Of a stretch of 64,000 nt of DNA, positions 8,977 to 18,061 are shown one piece after another (the first letter of the stretch is position 1; each line of letters starts with the position of its first letter). Under the pieces are notes generated by a model, which worked only from the letters and a program-made list of their open reading frames with translations, did no database searches and was not told where the DNA came from. Origin of the DNA: Acidobacteria bacterium RIFCSPLOWO2_12_FULL_67_14b. GTDB lineage: Bacteria; Acidobacteriota; Vicinamibacteria; Vicinamibacterales; UBA2999. The stretch spans positions 8,547 through 72,546 of the forward strand of contig MELE01000160.1 in assembly GCA_001768615.1 (NCBI GenBank), written 5' to 3'. Made by a program: the position numbers and the translations under genes.

Positions 8977-9615
8977 ATGACCATTCGAGTTCTGGCGGCG
9001 TTGCTCGCGGCGGCGATACCGGCCGCGGCATTCGCGCAGTCGCCCAAGGGCGCCACCTACATTACCGACGAGCAGGTCAAGGCGATCAACGCCGGTCCCG
9101 GCGTCGATCGACAGATTGTCAATGTGGATATCGGCAAGTTGAATCTCGCCGTCGGCGTGATTCACCGGGGCCGAAGCGGTGCGCCCGCGCCGGCGCCGGC
9201 CGCCGCCCCCACCGCCGCGCCGGCCGCGGCTCCCGCGGTACCGTGCGGCGATCGGGTGGCCACGGCGCCTCCGGCCGGGACCGCCAGCGGCATCGCCCAC
9301 GATGGACAGACCGAGACGTACATCATCATTTCGGGCGGCGGCACGCTCGTCACCGGCGGCCACATCGTCAACGGCCGCAAGTCCGCGCCCGAGAGCGCGG
9401 TCACGAAGGTCCTCAACGGGCCGTCGTGCAGCGGGATGATCGTGGGCGACGATGTCGTGAGGAAAGTCGTGAAGACCGGCGACATCATCATTATTCCCGC
9501 CGGCATTCCGCACGGGTGGACCGACATCGCCGATCACGTGGATTACCTCAGCGTCCGGCCGGATCCGGATCGCGTGCTCGCGGCAGGTTATGTGAACCCG
9601 GCGATCAAGAAATAG
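8977..9615 (+). CDS. Secreted cupin-fold protein with Ala/Pro-rich insert
   Basis: Strong SD (AAGGGAGGA) before the ATG. Signal peptide ends AAAFAQ. C-terminal segment GDIIIIPAGIPHGW is a cupin motif. Confidence 0.6.
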   Translation: MTIRVLAALLAAAIPAAAFAQSPKGATYITDEQVKAINAGPGVDRQIVNVDIGKLNLAVGVIHRGRSGAPAPAPAAAPTAAPAAAPAVPCGDRVATAPPAGTASGIAHDGQTETYIIISGGGTLVTGGHIVNGRKSAPESAVTKVLNGPSCSGMIVGDDVVRKVVKTGDIIIIPAGIPHGWTDIADHVDYLSVRPDPDRVLAAGYVNPAIKK

Positions 9616-10327
9616 GGTGGCGGTGGCGCCAGCGGATCGTGACGAGGTCGGCGATCATCTTCAGGGCATCACGCACCCGGTTCACCGAGCTTCGATCGTG
9701 ATACGTGCAGGTGACCGGCAGCTCGTCGATCCGGTAGCCGAGCTTTCGGGCCAGGAACAGCGCTTCGACGTCGAAGCCGAAGCCGTTGGTCGCCTGATGC
9801 GCGAACACGCGCCTGGCGGCCTCGGCCCGGAATCCCTTGAGGCCGCACTGCGTGTCGCTCAGGCCCGGCAGGGCGGCCGCCTGCACCACCGCGTTGAAGA
9901 CCCGGCTCATGACGCGGCGAAGGCCGCCCGGCCCGCCGACCTCGCGCGCGCCGGGCGCCAGGCGCGAGCCGATCACCACGTCGGCGCCGGCGTCGAAGCG
10001 CGCCAGCATCGGCTCGAGCGCCTCGATCGGCAGCGACAGGTCGGCGTCGATGAAGACCAGCCGCTCTCCCGTCGCTTCGGCAAATCCCTGCCGGACGGCG
10101 TAGCCCTTGCCGCGGTTGATCGAGTTGGCGATCACGCGCGCGTTGCCGCGGCCGGCGGCCGCGTGTCTCGCTTCCACGACGGCAGCCGGATCGCCGCCGT
10201 CGATCACGACGAGCAATTCCCACGCGTACGGCTGCCGATCGAGATACGCACACACGCGCGTGATGGTGGCCCCGATGCGGCCGGCCTCGTTGTAGGCGGG
10301 GACGATCAGACTGAGAAGCGGGTTCAT
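9605..10327 (-). CDS. Family 2 glycosyltransferase (polyprenyl-phosphate glycosyltransferase-like)
   Basis: SLIVPAYNE, then DADL and GFK motifs. Real start is the ATG at 10327 (MNPLLS); the longer track ORF 9605..11551 is a read-through artefact. Confidence 0.8.
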   Translation of the reverse strand: MNPLLSLIVPAYNEAGRIGATITRVCAYLDRQPYAWELLVVIDGGDPAAVVEARHAAAGRGNARVIANSINRGKGYAVRQGFAEATGERLVFIDADLSLPIEALEPMLARFDAGADVVIGSRLAPGAREVGGPGGLRRVMSRVFNAVVQAAALPGLSDTQCGLKGFRAEAARRVFAHQATNGFGFDVEALFLARKLGYRIDELPVTCTYHDRSSVNRVRDALKMIADLVTIRWRHRHPIS

Positions 10328-11667
10328 CGCGCCGGGCCCAGTGTGACCTGGCCATCGGGTTGGATGTGCGCGGTCATCGGGGCATCCGAGGCGATGCGTC
10401 CCCCGAGGATTCGATACATGAAGTACTTGTCCATCGTCGGATGGACCGCGAAGGTCACGCGGATGTCGCGCAGCACCGGGGCCTCTGCGGCAAGGGTCTG
10501 CGACGCCAGCCGCATCGCGCGATACTCGGGATACTTGAAGCTCGTCTTCGACTCGGCAATCCGCGAGGGTTGCCAGAGGATCACGACGGCCAGCAGCGCC
10601 ACGCCGATCCCACGAAGCACCATGGGCCACGGCACGGCTGCCAGCGCCAGCGCGTGGGTGAGGGCCATCGACGAGGTCAGCGGCAGGAACCAGTAGCTGT
10701 CGTACGGGCTCGTCCACGTGGCAAAGAGGGCGGTGGCCGCGACGATGGCGCCCACCGACACGGCCAGCAACGGGAGGTCGTGCCGCCACCGCGCGAGCAC
10801 GATCAACCCGGCGATCAGCGTCGACACCTGGAAGGTCCACGTGCCCATCGACCGGAACAGCAGGCCGCCGGTGACGTCCACGACCACGCCGTAGCTCCGG
10901 ATCGGGTTCACGGCCGGGGCCCGGGCAATCGACTCGATCAGCCTGGTCGGCGCCAGCGACGTGCCGGGGGCCCTGAACTGCGCCACCGCGAGCGGAATCT
11001 GCAGCACCAGCACCACGGCCGCAACCGTTGCGGCGACCTCGAACGAGCGGCGCCACTGCCGATGCGCCAGCGGCATGGCGACGAGGACCGCGAGCACGGG
11101 GCCGGCGACGAAGATCGCGGTGGAATGCGCCTGCACCGCGAACCACGCGACCGCCGCGGTCACCACGATCCTCCACCGGGGCGGCTCGGCCCCGAGCGAC
11201 AGGGCGAGGGCGATCGCCATCTTGGCGAGTGCTGCGGCGACAGGCGGGTTCCAAATCACGGCAGAGAGCCCGACGTCGAACGGCGCCGACGCCACCAGCA
11301 GCGACACGGACAGCGCCAGGGCGATCGGCAGCCTGCGCCAGAGCACGACCAGCAGCCACGTGTCGGCCGCCGACTGCAGCAGCGCCACGACGATGCCTCC
11401 GGCATGCGGCAGGTTCTGCATGAAAGGCCCGACCAGGTGCCGGCCGAGCCACAGGATCCAGTAATAGACCGGCCCGAGGCCGCGGCCGCCCGCCGTGCTC
11501 GGGGGACCGGTGAGCGGGAGGTCGCGCCAGCCGCCGAGCGCGATCGTCCAATCCCGCGTCTGCTCGCCGAGCATCAGGAATGTGTTGGCGACGTCGGACG
11601 TGCGCATCACCAGCACATACAGGAAGAAGAGGGCCGCCAGGGCCATCCGCACGCGCGGCGCGATCAT
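10324..11667 (-). CDS. Polytopic membrane protein, GT-C (ArnT/PMT-like) glycosyltransferase candidate
   Basis: More than 10 predicted hydrophobic helices. Its stop overlaps the start of the GT2 gene (ATGA). The pairing is typical of lipid-carrier-sugar synthase plus GT-C transferase. Confidence 0.55.
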   Translation of the reverse strand: MIAPRVRMALAALFFLYVLVMRTSDVANTFLMLGEQTRDWTIALGGWRDLPLTGPPSTAGGRGLGPVYYWILWLGRHLVGPFMQNLPHAGGIVVALLQSAADTWLLVVLWRRLPIALALSVSLLVASAPFDVGLSAVIWNPPVAAALAKMAIALALSLGAEPPRWRIVVTAAVAWFAVQAHSTAIFVAGPVLAVLVAMPLAHRQWRRSFEVAATVAAVVLVLQIPLAVAQFRAPGTSLAPTRLIESIARAPAVNPIRSYGVVVDVTGGLLFRSMGTWTFQVSTLIAGLIVLARWRHDLPLLAVSVGAIVAATALFATWTSPYDSYWFLPLTSSMALTHALALAAVPWPMVLRGIGVALLAVVILWQPSRIAESKTSFKYPEYRAMRLASQTLAAEAPVLRDIRVTFAVHPTMDKYFMYRILGGRIASDAPMTAHIQPDGQVTLGPAR

Positions 11668-11682
11668 CAGCGGGATTCTACT

Positions 11683-11822
11683 GGACTCCTCGCTGCGCTC
11701 GTCGTTGGGAGTCGTTCGCTTCGCTCACTCCTGGGCTCGGCCCTTCGGGCCTCGAGCCCAGGAGGGCCGAAGGCCCGACTCCGACGAACGAAGTGAGCCC
11801 ACGAGGGGCGCAGCCCCGAGCC
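11683..11822. repeat. Dispersed imperfect-palindrome element, copy E1
   Basis: Arms carry CTCGCTGCGCTCGTCGTTGGGAGTC and GACTCCGACGAACGAAGTGAGC. The central hairpin is at 11730-11762. Shares the exact 13-mer CGAACGAAGTGAG with E2 and E3. Confidence 0.75.
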
Positions 11823-11834
11823 TAGACTTCGCGC

Positions 11835-11850
11835 TATAGTCACGGGCATG
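11835..11850 (+). promoter_or_regulatory. -10 box TATAGT placed 7 nt before the ATG (leaderless-type arrangement)
   Basis: The sequence is TATAGTcacgggcATG with no SD. Confidence 0.4.
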
Positions 11851-13284
11851 CGACGGTGGTGGTGTGCGGCGGCGCTGGTTGTGGGCATGGTGAGCCTGGG
11901 CTCGGCGCAGCCGGTGTTCCGCGGCTCCGAGATCTTCCCGCCCGACGAGTTTGCGGCGCGGCGACAGCAGGTGATGGCGCGGATCGGCGAGGCCGTGGCC
12001 ATCGTGATCGGGACCACCGAGCCGGCCGGCGAGAGGCCGCTGCGGCAGAACAACCAGTTCTTCTACCTGACCGGGGTGGTCGAGCCGCGAGCCGTCGTCA
12101 TCATCGACGGCCGGGCGAAGACCAGCACCCTGTTTCTCCTGCCGCGCAACGAGCGCCGCGAGACGCGGCAGTACGGTCCGGCGCTGTCGCCGGGTGCGGC
12201 CGCGGCGACCGAGACCGGGATCGAGAACGTGGTGTCGCGCGAGACGTTGACGGCGGCCATCGCCAAGCTCGCCGCCGATCGCCGAGTCATCTACACGCCG
12301 TTTCGCGCGGAGGTGTTGGGCAGCGAATCCTCGGGCGACCCGTCGCGGATGTGGGCCGCCAACAAGCAGGATCCCTGGGATGGCCGCGGCTCACGCGAGG
12401 ACGCGTTTGTCGAGAAGGTGAAGGCGGCCGCGCCCAACGCCGAGGTGCGCGACCTCGATCCGGCGCTCGACGCCCTGCGGGCGGTGAAGAGCCCGCGCGA
12501 GATCGCGGTGATCCGCGAGGCCACCCGGATTGCGGGACTCGGCATCATCGAGGCCATGCGCGACGCCAGGCCCGGGATGTTCGAACACGAGCTGCAGGCC
12601 GCGGCCGAGTTCGTGTTCACGAAGAACGGGGCGGCCGGTCCGGCCTACTTCGCCCTGATCGCCACGGCGCGGAACACCTATTACTCGCATTACCACAAGA
12701 ACACCGAGCGGCTGGCCGACGGCGATCTCGTCCAGTTCGACTACGCGCCCGACTTCAAGTACTACCAGTCTGACGTCACCCGCGTGTTCCCGGCCAACGG
12801 GACGTTCACGCCGCGCCAGCGCGAGTTCTACACCATCTACCTGCGGCTGTATCAGGCCATCATGACCTCGATTCGCGTGCACGCCACGCCCGGTGACGTG
12901 ATGCGCGACGCCGTCGCCAAGATGGACCGCATCATGGCCGGCTTCGCCTTCACCGATCCGAAGATCAGGCTCGCGGCCGGGCGCTTCGTCGAGGCGCAAC
13001 GCGGCCGGTTCGAGGCGCGCGGCCTCGGCCACACCGTCGGCCTCGAGGTCCACGACGTCGGCGGGTTGCAGGCGCCGACGCTCGAACCCGGACGGATCTT
13101 CACCATCGAGCCGGCGATGCAGATCGAGGACGAGCGGCTCGGCCTCCGGCTCGAGGACATGATCCTGATCACCGAGACCGGTTACGAAAACATCTCGGCG
13201 TTCGTCCCCATCGAGATCGCCGATATCGAACGGCTGATGGCGGAACCCGGCCTGAGCGACGGCCTGGGGCGCATCAAGCCATGA
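11848..13284 (+). CDS. Xaa-Pro aminopeptidase / M24 family peptidase, exported
   Basis: Signal peptide present. The M24 pita-bread signature (HTVGLEVHD) is followed by two acidic segments (FTIEP, LEDMILIT) with creatinase-like N-domain spacing. Confidence 0.8.
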   Translation: MRRWWCAAALVVGMVSLGSAQPVFRGSEIFPPDEFAARRQQVMARIGEAVAIVIGTTEPAGERPLRQNNQFFYLTGVVEPRAVVIIDGRAKTSTLFLLPRNERRETRQYGPALSPGAAAATETGIENVVSRETLTAAIAKLAADRRVIYTPFRAEVLGSESSGDPSRMWAANKQDPWDGRGSREDAFVEKVKAAAPNAEVRDLDPALDALRAVKSPREIAVIREATRIAGLGIIEAMRDARPGMFEHELQAAAEFVFTKNGAAGPAYFALIATARNTYYSHYHKNTERLADGDLVQFDYAPDFKYYQSDVTRVFPANGTFTPRQREFYTIYLRLYQAIMTSIRVHATPGDVMRDAVAKMDRIMAGFAFTDPKIRLAAGRFVEAQRGRFEARGLGHTVGLEVHDVGGLQAPTLEPGRIFTIEPAMQIEDERLGLRLEDMILITETGYENISAFVPIEIADIERLMAEPGLSDGLGRIKP

Positions 13285-14030
13285 CCGAGGTGCGGACCAC
13301 CGACGCGGCCTTCGTGAAGTACGCGGACGAGGGCGCCTACCACTGGAAGGAGATCAGCCGGCACTGGTGGCGCCACAACGCGTTCACCGCCGAACGCTAC
13401 CGTCGTCTGATCGCCGCCCTGGGCGGCCGGCGCAGCGGGCGGGTGCTCGACTTCGGCTGCGGTGATGGTGCGCTGTTGGGCCTGCTGCACAAGCAGCAGC
13501 CAGCGCTCGAGCTTCACGGCTTCGATCCGAACGAACACGGCCTGGCCGCGGGACGGGCGATGCTCGAGCGCCACGGCGTCCGCGCCACCCTGCACGCCGA
13601 CGCGGGCGCGCTGCCGGATGACGGCTTTGACGCCGTGGTCTGCACCGAGGTGATCGAACACGTCACCGACCCGGCCGCATTGCTGCAGACCATCCGGCGC
13701 GTGCTCGCTCCCGGCGGCACGGCGGTCATCAGCACACCCATCCGCCTGGCCGAGGAGCCGTGGGACAAGAACCACCGCTTCGAATGGTTTCCGTCCGAGT
13801 TCCGCCGGTTACTGGAGGCGTCGGGCCTGCACGTGACGCGGGTCGAGGCCGTGATGCCGGTGGCCGCGGTCGAGGCCTATTTCTGGCGGCCGCGTCTCTT
13901 CTTCCGGGTTCCCGTGTTCAGGGTGCTCACCAACCTGCTGTCGATCTACGGCGGCGTCAACGCGTCCACCTGGTTGGCGATGCGCCCGCGACTCCATATG
14001 ATGCAGCTGGCCGTGTTGACCAAACCCTGA
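13281..14030 (+). CDS. Class I SAM-dependent methyltransferase
   Basis: VLDFGCGDG SAM-binding motif with downstream LAPGG. ATGA overlaps on both sides. Confidence 0.8.
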   Translation: MTEVRTTDAAFVKYADEGAYHWKEISRHWWRHNAFTAERYRRLIAALGGRRSGRVLDFGCGDGALLGLLHKQQPALELHGFDPNEHGLAAGRAMLERHGVRATLHADAGALPDDGFDAVVCTEVIEHVTDPAALLQTIRRVLAPGGTAVISTPIRLAEEPWDKNHRFEWFPSEFRRLLEASGLHVTRVEAVMPVAAVEAYFWRPRLFFRVPVFRVLTNLLSIYGGVNASTWLAMRPRLHMMQLAVLTKP

Positions 14031-14866
14031 TGGCAGGCCCCGCGATTCCACGCACGGTTCGCCTCGAGCCCCCGGCGTCGTGGCAGTTTCTCGATTTCGG
14101 CGAGCTGTGGGCGTATCGCGAGCTGCTGTTCTTCTTCGTGTGGCGCGATGTCAAGGTCCGCTACAAGCAGACCGTGCTCGGCGCGCTGTGGGCGGTCATC
14201 CAGCCGGTGATGGCGACGGTGCTGTTCACGATCTTCTTCGGCCGGCTCGGCGGCATGGCGCAGCAGGTCGATGGCCCGTACGCGTTGCATGTGTTCGTGG
14301 CCCTGCTGCCGTGGACGTTCTTCTCGAACGCCGTCACCCAGGCCGGTAACAGTCTCGTCGGCAGCAGCCACTTGATCAGCAAGATCTACTTTCCCCGGCT
14401 GCTCGTGCCCGCCTCCGCCGTTGTCGCCGGCCTCGTCGACTTCGGCATCTCGTTTCTCGTGCTGCTGGCGGCGATGGCCTACTACGGCGTGGCGCCGTCG
14501 GCGTCGATGCTGGCGCTGCCGCTGTTTCTGATCGCGTCGATCCTGTGCGCCACCGGTGTCGGCGTCCTGCTCGCGGCCCTGACCGTCAGCTATCGTGACT
14601 TCCGCTACGTGGTCTCGTTCCTGATGCAGCTGTGGATGTTCGCGACGCCGATTGTGTATCCGCTCGAAATCATCCCGGCGTCGTGGCGGGCGCTCTACGC
14701 CCTCAACCCGATGGTCGGCGTAGTCGCCGGGTTTCGCCGGGCCATCCTCGATATTCCCGTGCCGGCCGACGTGCTGGCCATTTCCGGCGCGAGCGCGCTC
14801 GTGTTCCTGGTGGCGGGGGTGGTCTACTTCCTTCAAGTCGAACGGCGCTTCGCCGACGTGATCTGA
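14030..14866 (+). CDS. wzm: ABC-2 type polysaccharide export permease (Wzm/TagG-like)
   Basis: LWAYRELLFFFVWRDVKVRYKQTVLGALWAV is the hallmark ABC-2 N-terminus, followed by six hydrophobic helices. The ATG at 14030 overlaps the upstream TGA. Confidence 0.85.
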   Translation: MAGPAIPRTVRLEPPASWQFLDFGELWAYRELLFFFVWRDVKVRYKQTVLGALWAVIQPVMATVLFTIFFGRLGGMAQQVDGPYALHVFVALLPWTFFSNAVTQAGNSLVGSSHLISKIYFPRLLVPASAVVAGLVDFGISFLVLLAAMAYYGVAPSASMLALPLFLIASILCATGVGVLLAALTVSYRDFRYVVSFLMQLWMFATPIVYPLEIIPASWRALYALNPMVGVVAGFRRAILDIPVPADVLAISGASALVFLVAGVVYFLQVERRFADVI

Positions 14867-16119
14867 TGGCCGCGATCATTGTCAGCAACCTGGGTAAGCG
14901 CTACACGATCGGCGTCCGATCGCCCGGGGAAGGCACGTTTCGCGATGCGGTGACCGGACTCTTCACCGCGCCCTGGCGCCGCTTCCGCCGCCTGGCCGGC
15001 TACGACGATCACATCGGCGAGTTCTGGGCGCTGCGCGGGATCGACTTCACCGTGGCCGCCGGCGGAACCGTGGGCATCATCGGCCCAAACGGGGCCGGCA
15101 AGAGCACGCTCTTCAAGGTGCTGTCCCGCATCACCCCGCCGACCGAGGGATTCGTCGAGTTGCAGGGGCGGGTCTCCAGCCTGCTCGAGGTCGGCACCGG
15201 CTTTCATCCCGAGCTGACGGGCCGCGAGAACATCTACCTGAACGGCGCCATTCTCGGCATGTACCGCGCGGAGATCCGGCGCAAGTTCGACAACATCGTG
15301 GCCTTTGCGGAACTGGAACAGTTCATCGACACGCCGGTCAAGCGCTACTCGAGCGGCATGTTCGTGCGCCTCGCCTTTTCGGTGGCCGCGCACCTCGACC
15401 CGGAGATCCTGATCGTCGACGAGGTCCTCTCGGTGGGCGACCTGAATTTCCGGAACCGGTGCCTCGGCCGCATGAGCGACTTGCGCGGCGAGGGGCGCAC
15501 GGTGCTCTTCGTGAGCCACGACCTCACCAGCATCCGCCAACTCTGCTCGCGCGCGCTCCTGCTCAACGGCGGGCGCGTCGTCGCCGACGGCGATGCCGAC
15601 GAAGTCACCCGGCGGTACGAGCGGATGCACCAGGACCCCGCATCGATCGCCTTGGGTGGCGCCGATCGCGTCCACCCGCCTCCGGCGTATCACCTCACAC
15701 GCGTCGAGCTGCGCAACGAGGCGGGCGCGGTGACGCGGCAGTTCGAGGCGGGCCAGATCATGGAGATCCATCTCTGGTCGAGCGGCCGGGCGCCGGAAGA
15801 TTCCTACGGCGCCGAGTTCCGGCTGCACGACAGCGAAGGGGAAGTGATCAGCTTCGGCGCCGCCAACCCCGTGCGGTCGACGTACTATCGGGCCGACCAG
15901 CAGCACTTCGTCTGCCGTCTCGGGCCGTTGCCCCTGACCGAAGGCGCCTACACGTTCAGCTTCATCGTCGGCGTGTGGAACGCCGTCCGCTGGGACCACT
16001 GGCCGCGCGCGATCGGTTTCGAGATCGTCAAGTGCGATCCGTTCAAGACCGGCCACGGCATCAGCAACGTCCACGACGGCGATTTCGTGATTCCCCAGGA
16101 CTGGCTGGCGGGTGACTGA
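14866..16119 (+). CDS. wzt: Polysaccharide ABC exporter ATP-binding protein with C-terminal carbohydrate-binding-type domain (Wzt/TagH-like)
   Basis: Walker A (GPNGAGKST), signature (YSSGM) and Walker B (ILIVDE), plus an extra C-terminal domain of about 150 aa. The ATG at 14866 overlaps the wzm stop. Confidence 0.85.
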   Translation: MAAIIVSNLGKRYTIGVRSPGEGTFRDAVTGLFTAPWRRFRRLAGYDDHIGEFWALRGIDFTVAAGGTVGIIGPNGAGKSTLFKVLSRITPPTEGFVELQGRVSSLLEVGTGFHPELTGRENIYLNGAILGMYRAEIRRKFDNIVAFAELEQFIDTPVKRYSSGMFVRLAFSVAAHLDPEILIVDEVLSVGDLNFRNRCLGRMSDLRGEGRTVLFVSHDLTSIRQLCSRALLLNGGRVVADGDADEVTRRYERMHQDPASIALGGADRVHPPPAYHLTRVELRNEAGAVTRQFEAGQIMEIHLWSSGRAPEDSYGAEFRLHDSEGEVISFGAANPVRSTYYRADQQHFVCRLGPLPLTEGAYTFSFIVGVWNAVRWDHWPRAIGFEIVKCDPFKTGHGISNVHDGDFVIPQDWLAGD

Positions 16120-17066
16120 TGCCGACGCCTCCAGCCGGGGCCATGCGCACGCCCCTGGTTTCGATCAACATTCCCTGCTATCGGCAACTCGACTACGCCC
16201 GCCGGTGCGTGGCGTCGATTCTGGCGCAATCACTCCAGGACTTCGAGGTGACGCTCGTAGACGACGGGGCGTCGGACGAGTACCGCACGTATGTTGCGTC
16301 GCTTGGTGACGCGCGCGTGCGCTACGTGCGCAATCCCGAGCGGCTGGGCGCCATGGCGAACATGTTCCAGGTGATTGGGATGGGTTCCGGCGCGTACGTC
16401 CTCGCCTTTCATGAAGACGACCTGCTTGGCCGCCACTACCTGATGGCGGCCGTCGGCGTGCTGGAGCAGCATCCGGACTGCGGGTTCGTGGCGGCCGAAC
16501 TCCGCGAGTTTCGACAGGAGTCCGACGCGGACCTGGCGTGCGAGGCGGATCCGGCGGCATGTGAGTACTGGGCATCGCCGGCGGATTTCGCGCGCGCGGT
16601 CTGTCGTGGCGCGAACCCCATGTTCGGATCGGTCGTGTATCGGCGGGCGGCGCTGCCTTCCGGGCCCCCGCCGCTCGGCGAGTACGGCACCCTGATGGAC
16701 CGCCCCTTTCTGATGATGGTGCTCGGTCGATGGACCGGCGCGCTGGTGCGCCAACCGCTCGTCTGGTACCGGCACCATGGCGACACCGACCAGCGGCACC
16801 ACGGCATGCGCGCCGATCACATCCTCGAGTTGTTGCGGGCGTACCGGGATGCGCTGCCGCAACCGCTGTCGGCCGCCGACCGGACCCTGCTGCATCACTA
16901 TGCCGGCTACTGGCTGATCCAGCTGTATCGCCTGCTGCCCGCCGAGGCGCAGCCGCCGTTGCCCGGGTTTGTCTTTCGCGCGTGGCGAGAGGGACTCTAC
17001 AACCCGATGCGCGAACGCGGCGTCGGCCGCGCCGGATTGCTGCGAGCCATGGTGACCGGCCTGTGA
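16119..17066 (+). CDS. Family 2 glycosyltransferase
   Basis: VSINIPCYRQ...LVDDGASD...FHEDDD-type GT-A motifs. ATG overlaps the wzt TGA. Confidence 0.75.
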   Translation: MPTPPAGAMRTPLVSINIPCYRQLDYARRCVASILAQSLQDFEVTLVDDGASDEYRTYVASLGDARVRYVRNPERLGAMANMFQVIGMGSGAYVLAFHEDDLLGRHYLMAAVGVLEQHPDCGFVAAELREFRQESDADLACEADPAACEYWASPADFARAVCRGANPMFGSVVYRRAALPSGPPPLGEYGTLMDRPFLMMVLGRWTGALVRQPLVWYRHHGDTDQRHHGMRADHILELLRAYRDALPQPLSAADRTLLHHYAGYWLIQLYRLLPAEAQPPLPGFVFRAWREGLYNPMRERGVGRAGLLRAMVTGL

Positions 17067-18061
17067 CCCGCCCGTTCCTCACGGTGCTCACGGCGCCGGT
17101 GCTGCCGCCGTCCACGCGCGCCTACCGGCGCCTGCGCGCCGCCGTCCGGCGCCTCGTCAAACCCGGCGTGCCGCTCCCGTCAGCGTCGCCGTACCCCGGG
17201 CACTTCGCGCTCGTGCGCAGCGTGGTCGAAGGCCTGCGCGCGAATCAGGCTGATTTCAATTTCAATCCGCGGACGTGCCGCCATGTCGGCCGCGCCGTCT
17301 ACGCCCCGGCCAACGAGGCGCTGCGGCAGGCGGCCGCATGGAAGCGCGACGGCACCATCGACCTGCTGGCCGCCGGCCCGGTCAACGCGCTCTTTCCCGA
17401 TCAGGTCGACGGGATCCTGCAATTACCGGAGATCGACATCCTGATCATCCCGTCGGACTGGTGCCGGCTGTTCTATGCTGACTCGCCGGCACTCCAGCCG
17501 AAGCTGCGCGTCTGCCCGGCGGGTGTCGATGCCGGCTATTGGACGCCATCGGGCGCGCCGAGGACCAATCGCGCCGTTGTCTACTGGAAGAGCGGATCCG
17601 AGGAGTTCTGCGGCGAGGTCGAGCAGGCCGTGCGCGAGGCCGGCCTCACCCCGTTGCGCATCGCCTCCAAGCCTGGCCAGCACTCCGGTTTTACGCCCGG
17701 GCAATTCCACCAGGCGCTCGACGAGGCGGCGCTGGCGGTGTACCTGAGCGACTTCGAAACGCAGGGCCTGGCCCTCGCCGAAGCCTGGTCGATGGACGTG
17801 CCGACGGTCGTGTGGGATCCACGGGGCCGGTCGGAGTGGATGGGCCGGGCGTTCGTCGCCGGGTCGTCGGCGCCGTACCTGACCGGCCGCACCGGCCTGT
17901 CGTGGCGCGCGCCGGCCGAGCTGGCGCCGGCGTTGCGCCGCGCCCTCGACGAGCGGGCCCAATTCAGCCCGCGCGCGTGGGTGCTGGCCCACATGACCGA
18001 TGCGATCTGCGCGCAGGCGCTCGAACGCCTCCTCCGCGACGCCGAAGGGCAGCGGCGATGA
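17063..18061 (+). CDS. Putative GT-B (GT1/GT4-like) glycosyltransferase
   Basis: C-terminal E..G.A..EA....PTV motif region (FETQGLALAEAWSMDVPTVVW). The GTG at 17063 overlaps the upstream stop, so the longer track ORF 16730.. is rejected. Confidence 0.55.
   Translation: MTRPFLTVLTAPVLPPSTRAYRRLRAAVRRLVKPGVPLPSASPYPGHFALVRSVVEGLRANQADFNFNPRTCRHVGRAVYAPANEALRQAAAWKRDGTIDLLAAGPVNALFPDQVDGILQLPEIDILIIPSDWCRLFYADSPALQPKLRVCPAGVDAGYWTPSGAPRTNRAVVYWKSGSEEFCGEVEQAVREAGLTPLRIASKPGQHSGFTPGQFHQALDEAALAVYLSDFETQGLALAEAWSMDVPTVVWDPRGRSEWMGRAFVAGSSAPYLTGRTGLSWRAPAELAPALRRALDERAQFSPRAWVLAHMTDAICAQALERLLRDAEGQRR

Noticed and set aside
8443-9537. 364-aa minus-strand ORF
   Set aside because: It overlaps the SD-preceded cupin gene and the small membrane ORF on the other strand. 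It is a Gly/Arg/Ala/Asp-rich shadow frame.
10328-11551. N-terminal extension of track ORF 9605..11551
   Set aside because: It overlaps the polytopic GT-C gene in another frame. The GT2 domain begins at MNPLLS (ATG 10327), which overlaps the upstream stop in the usual coupled arrangement.
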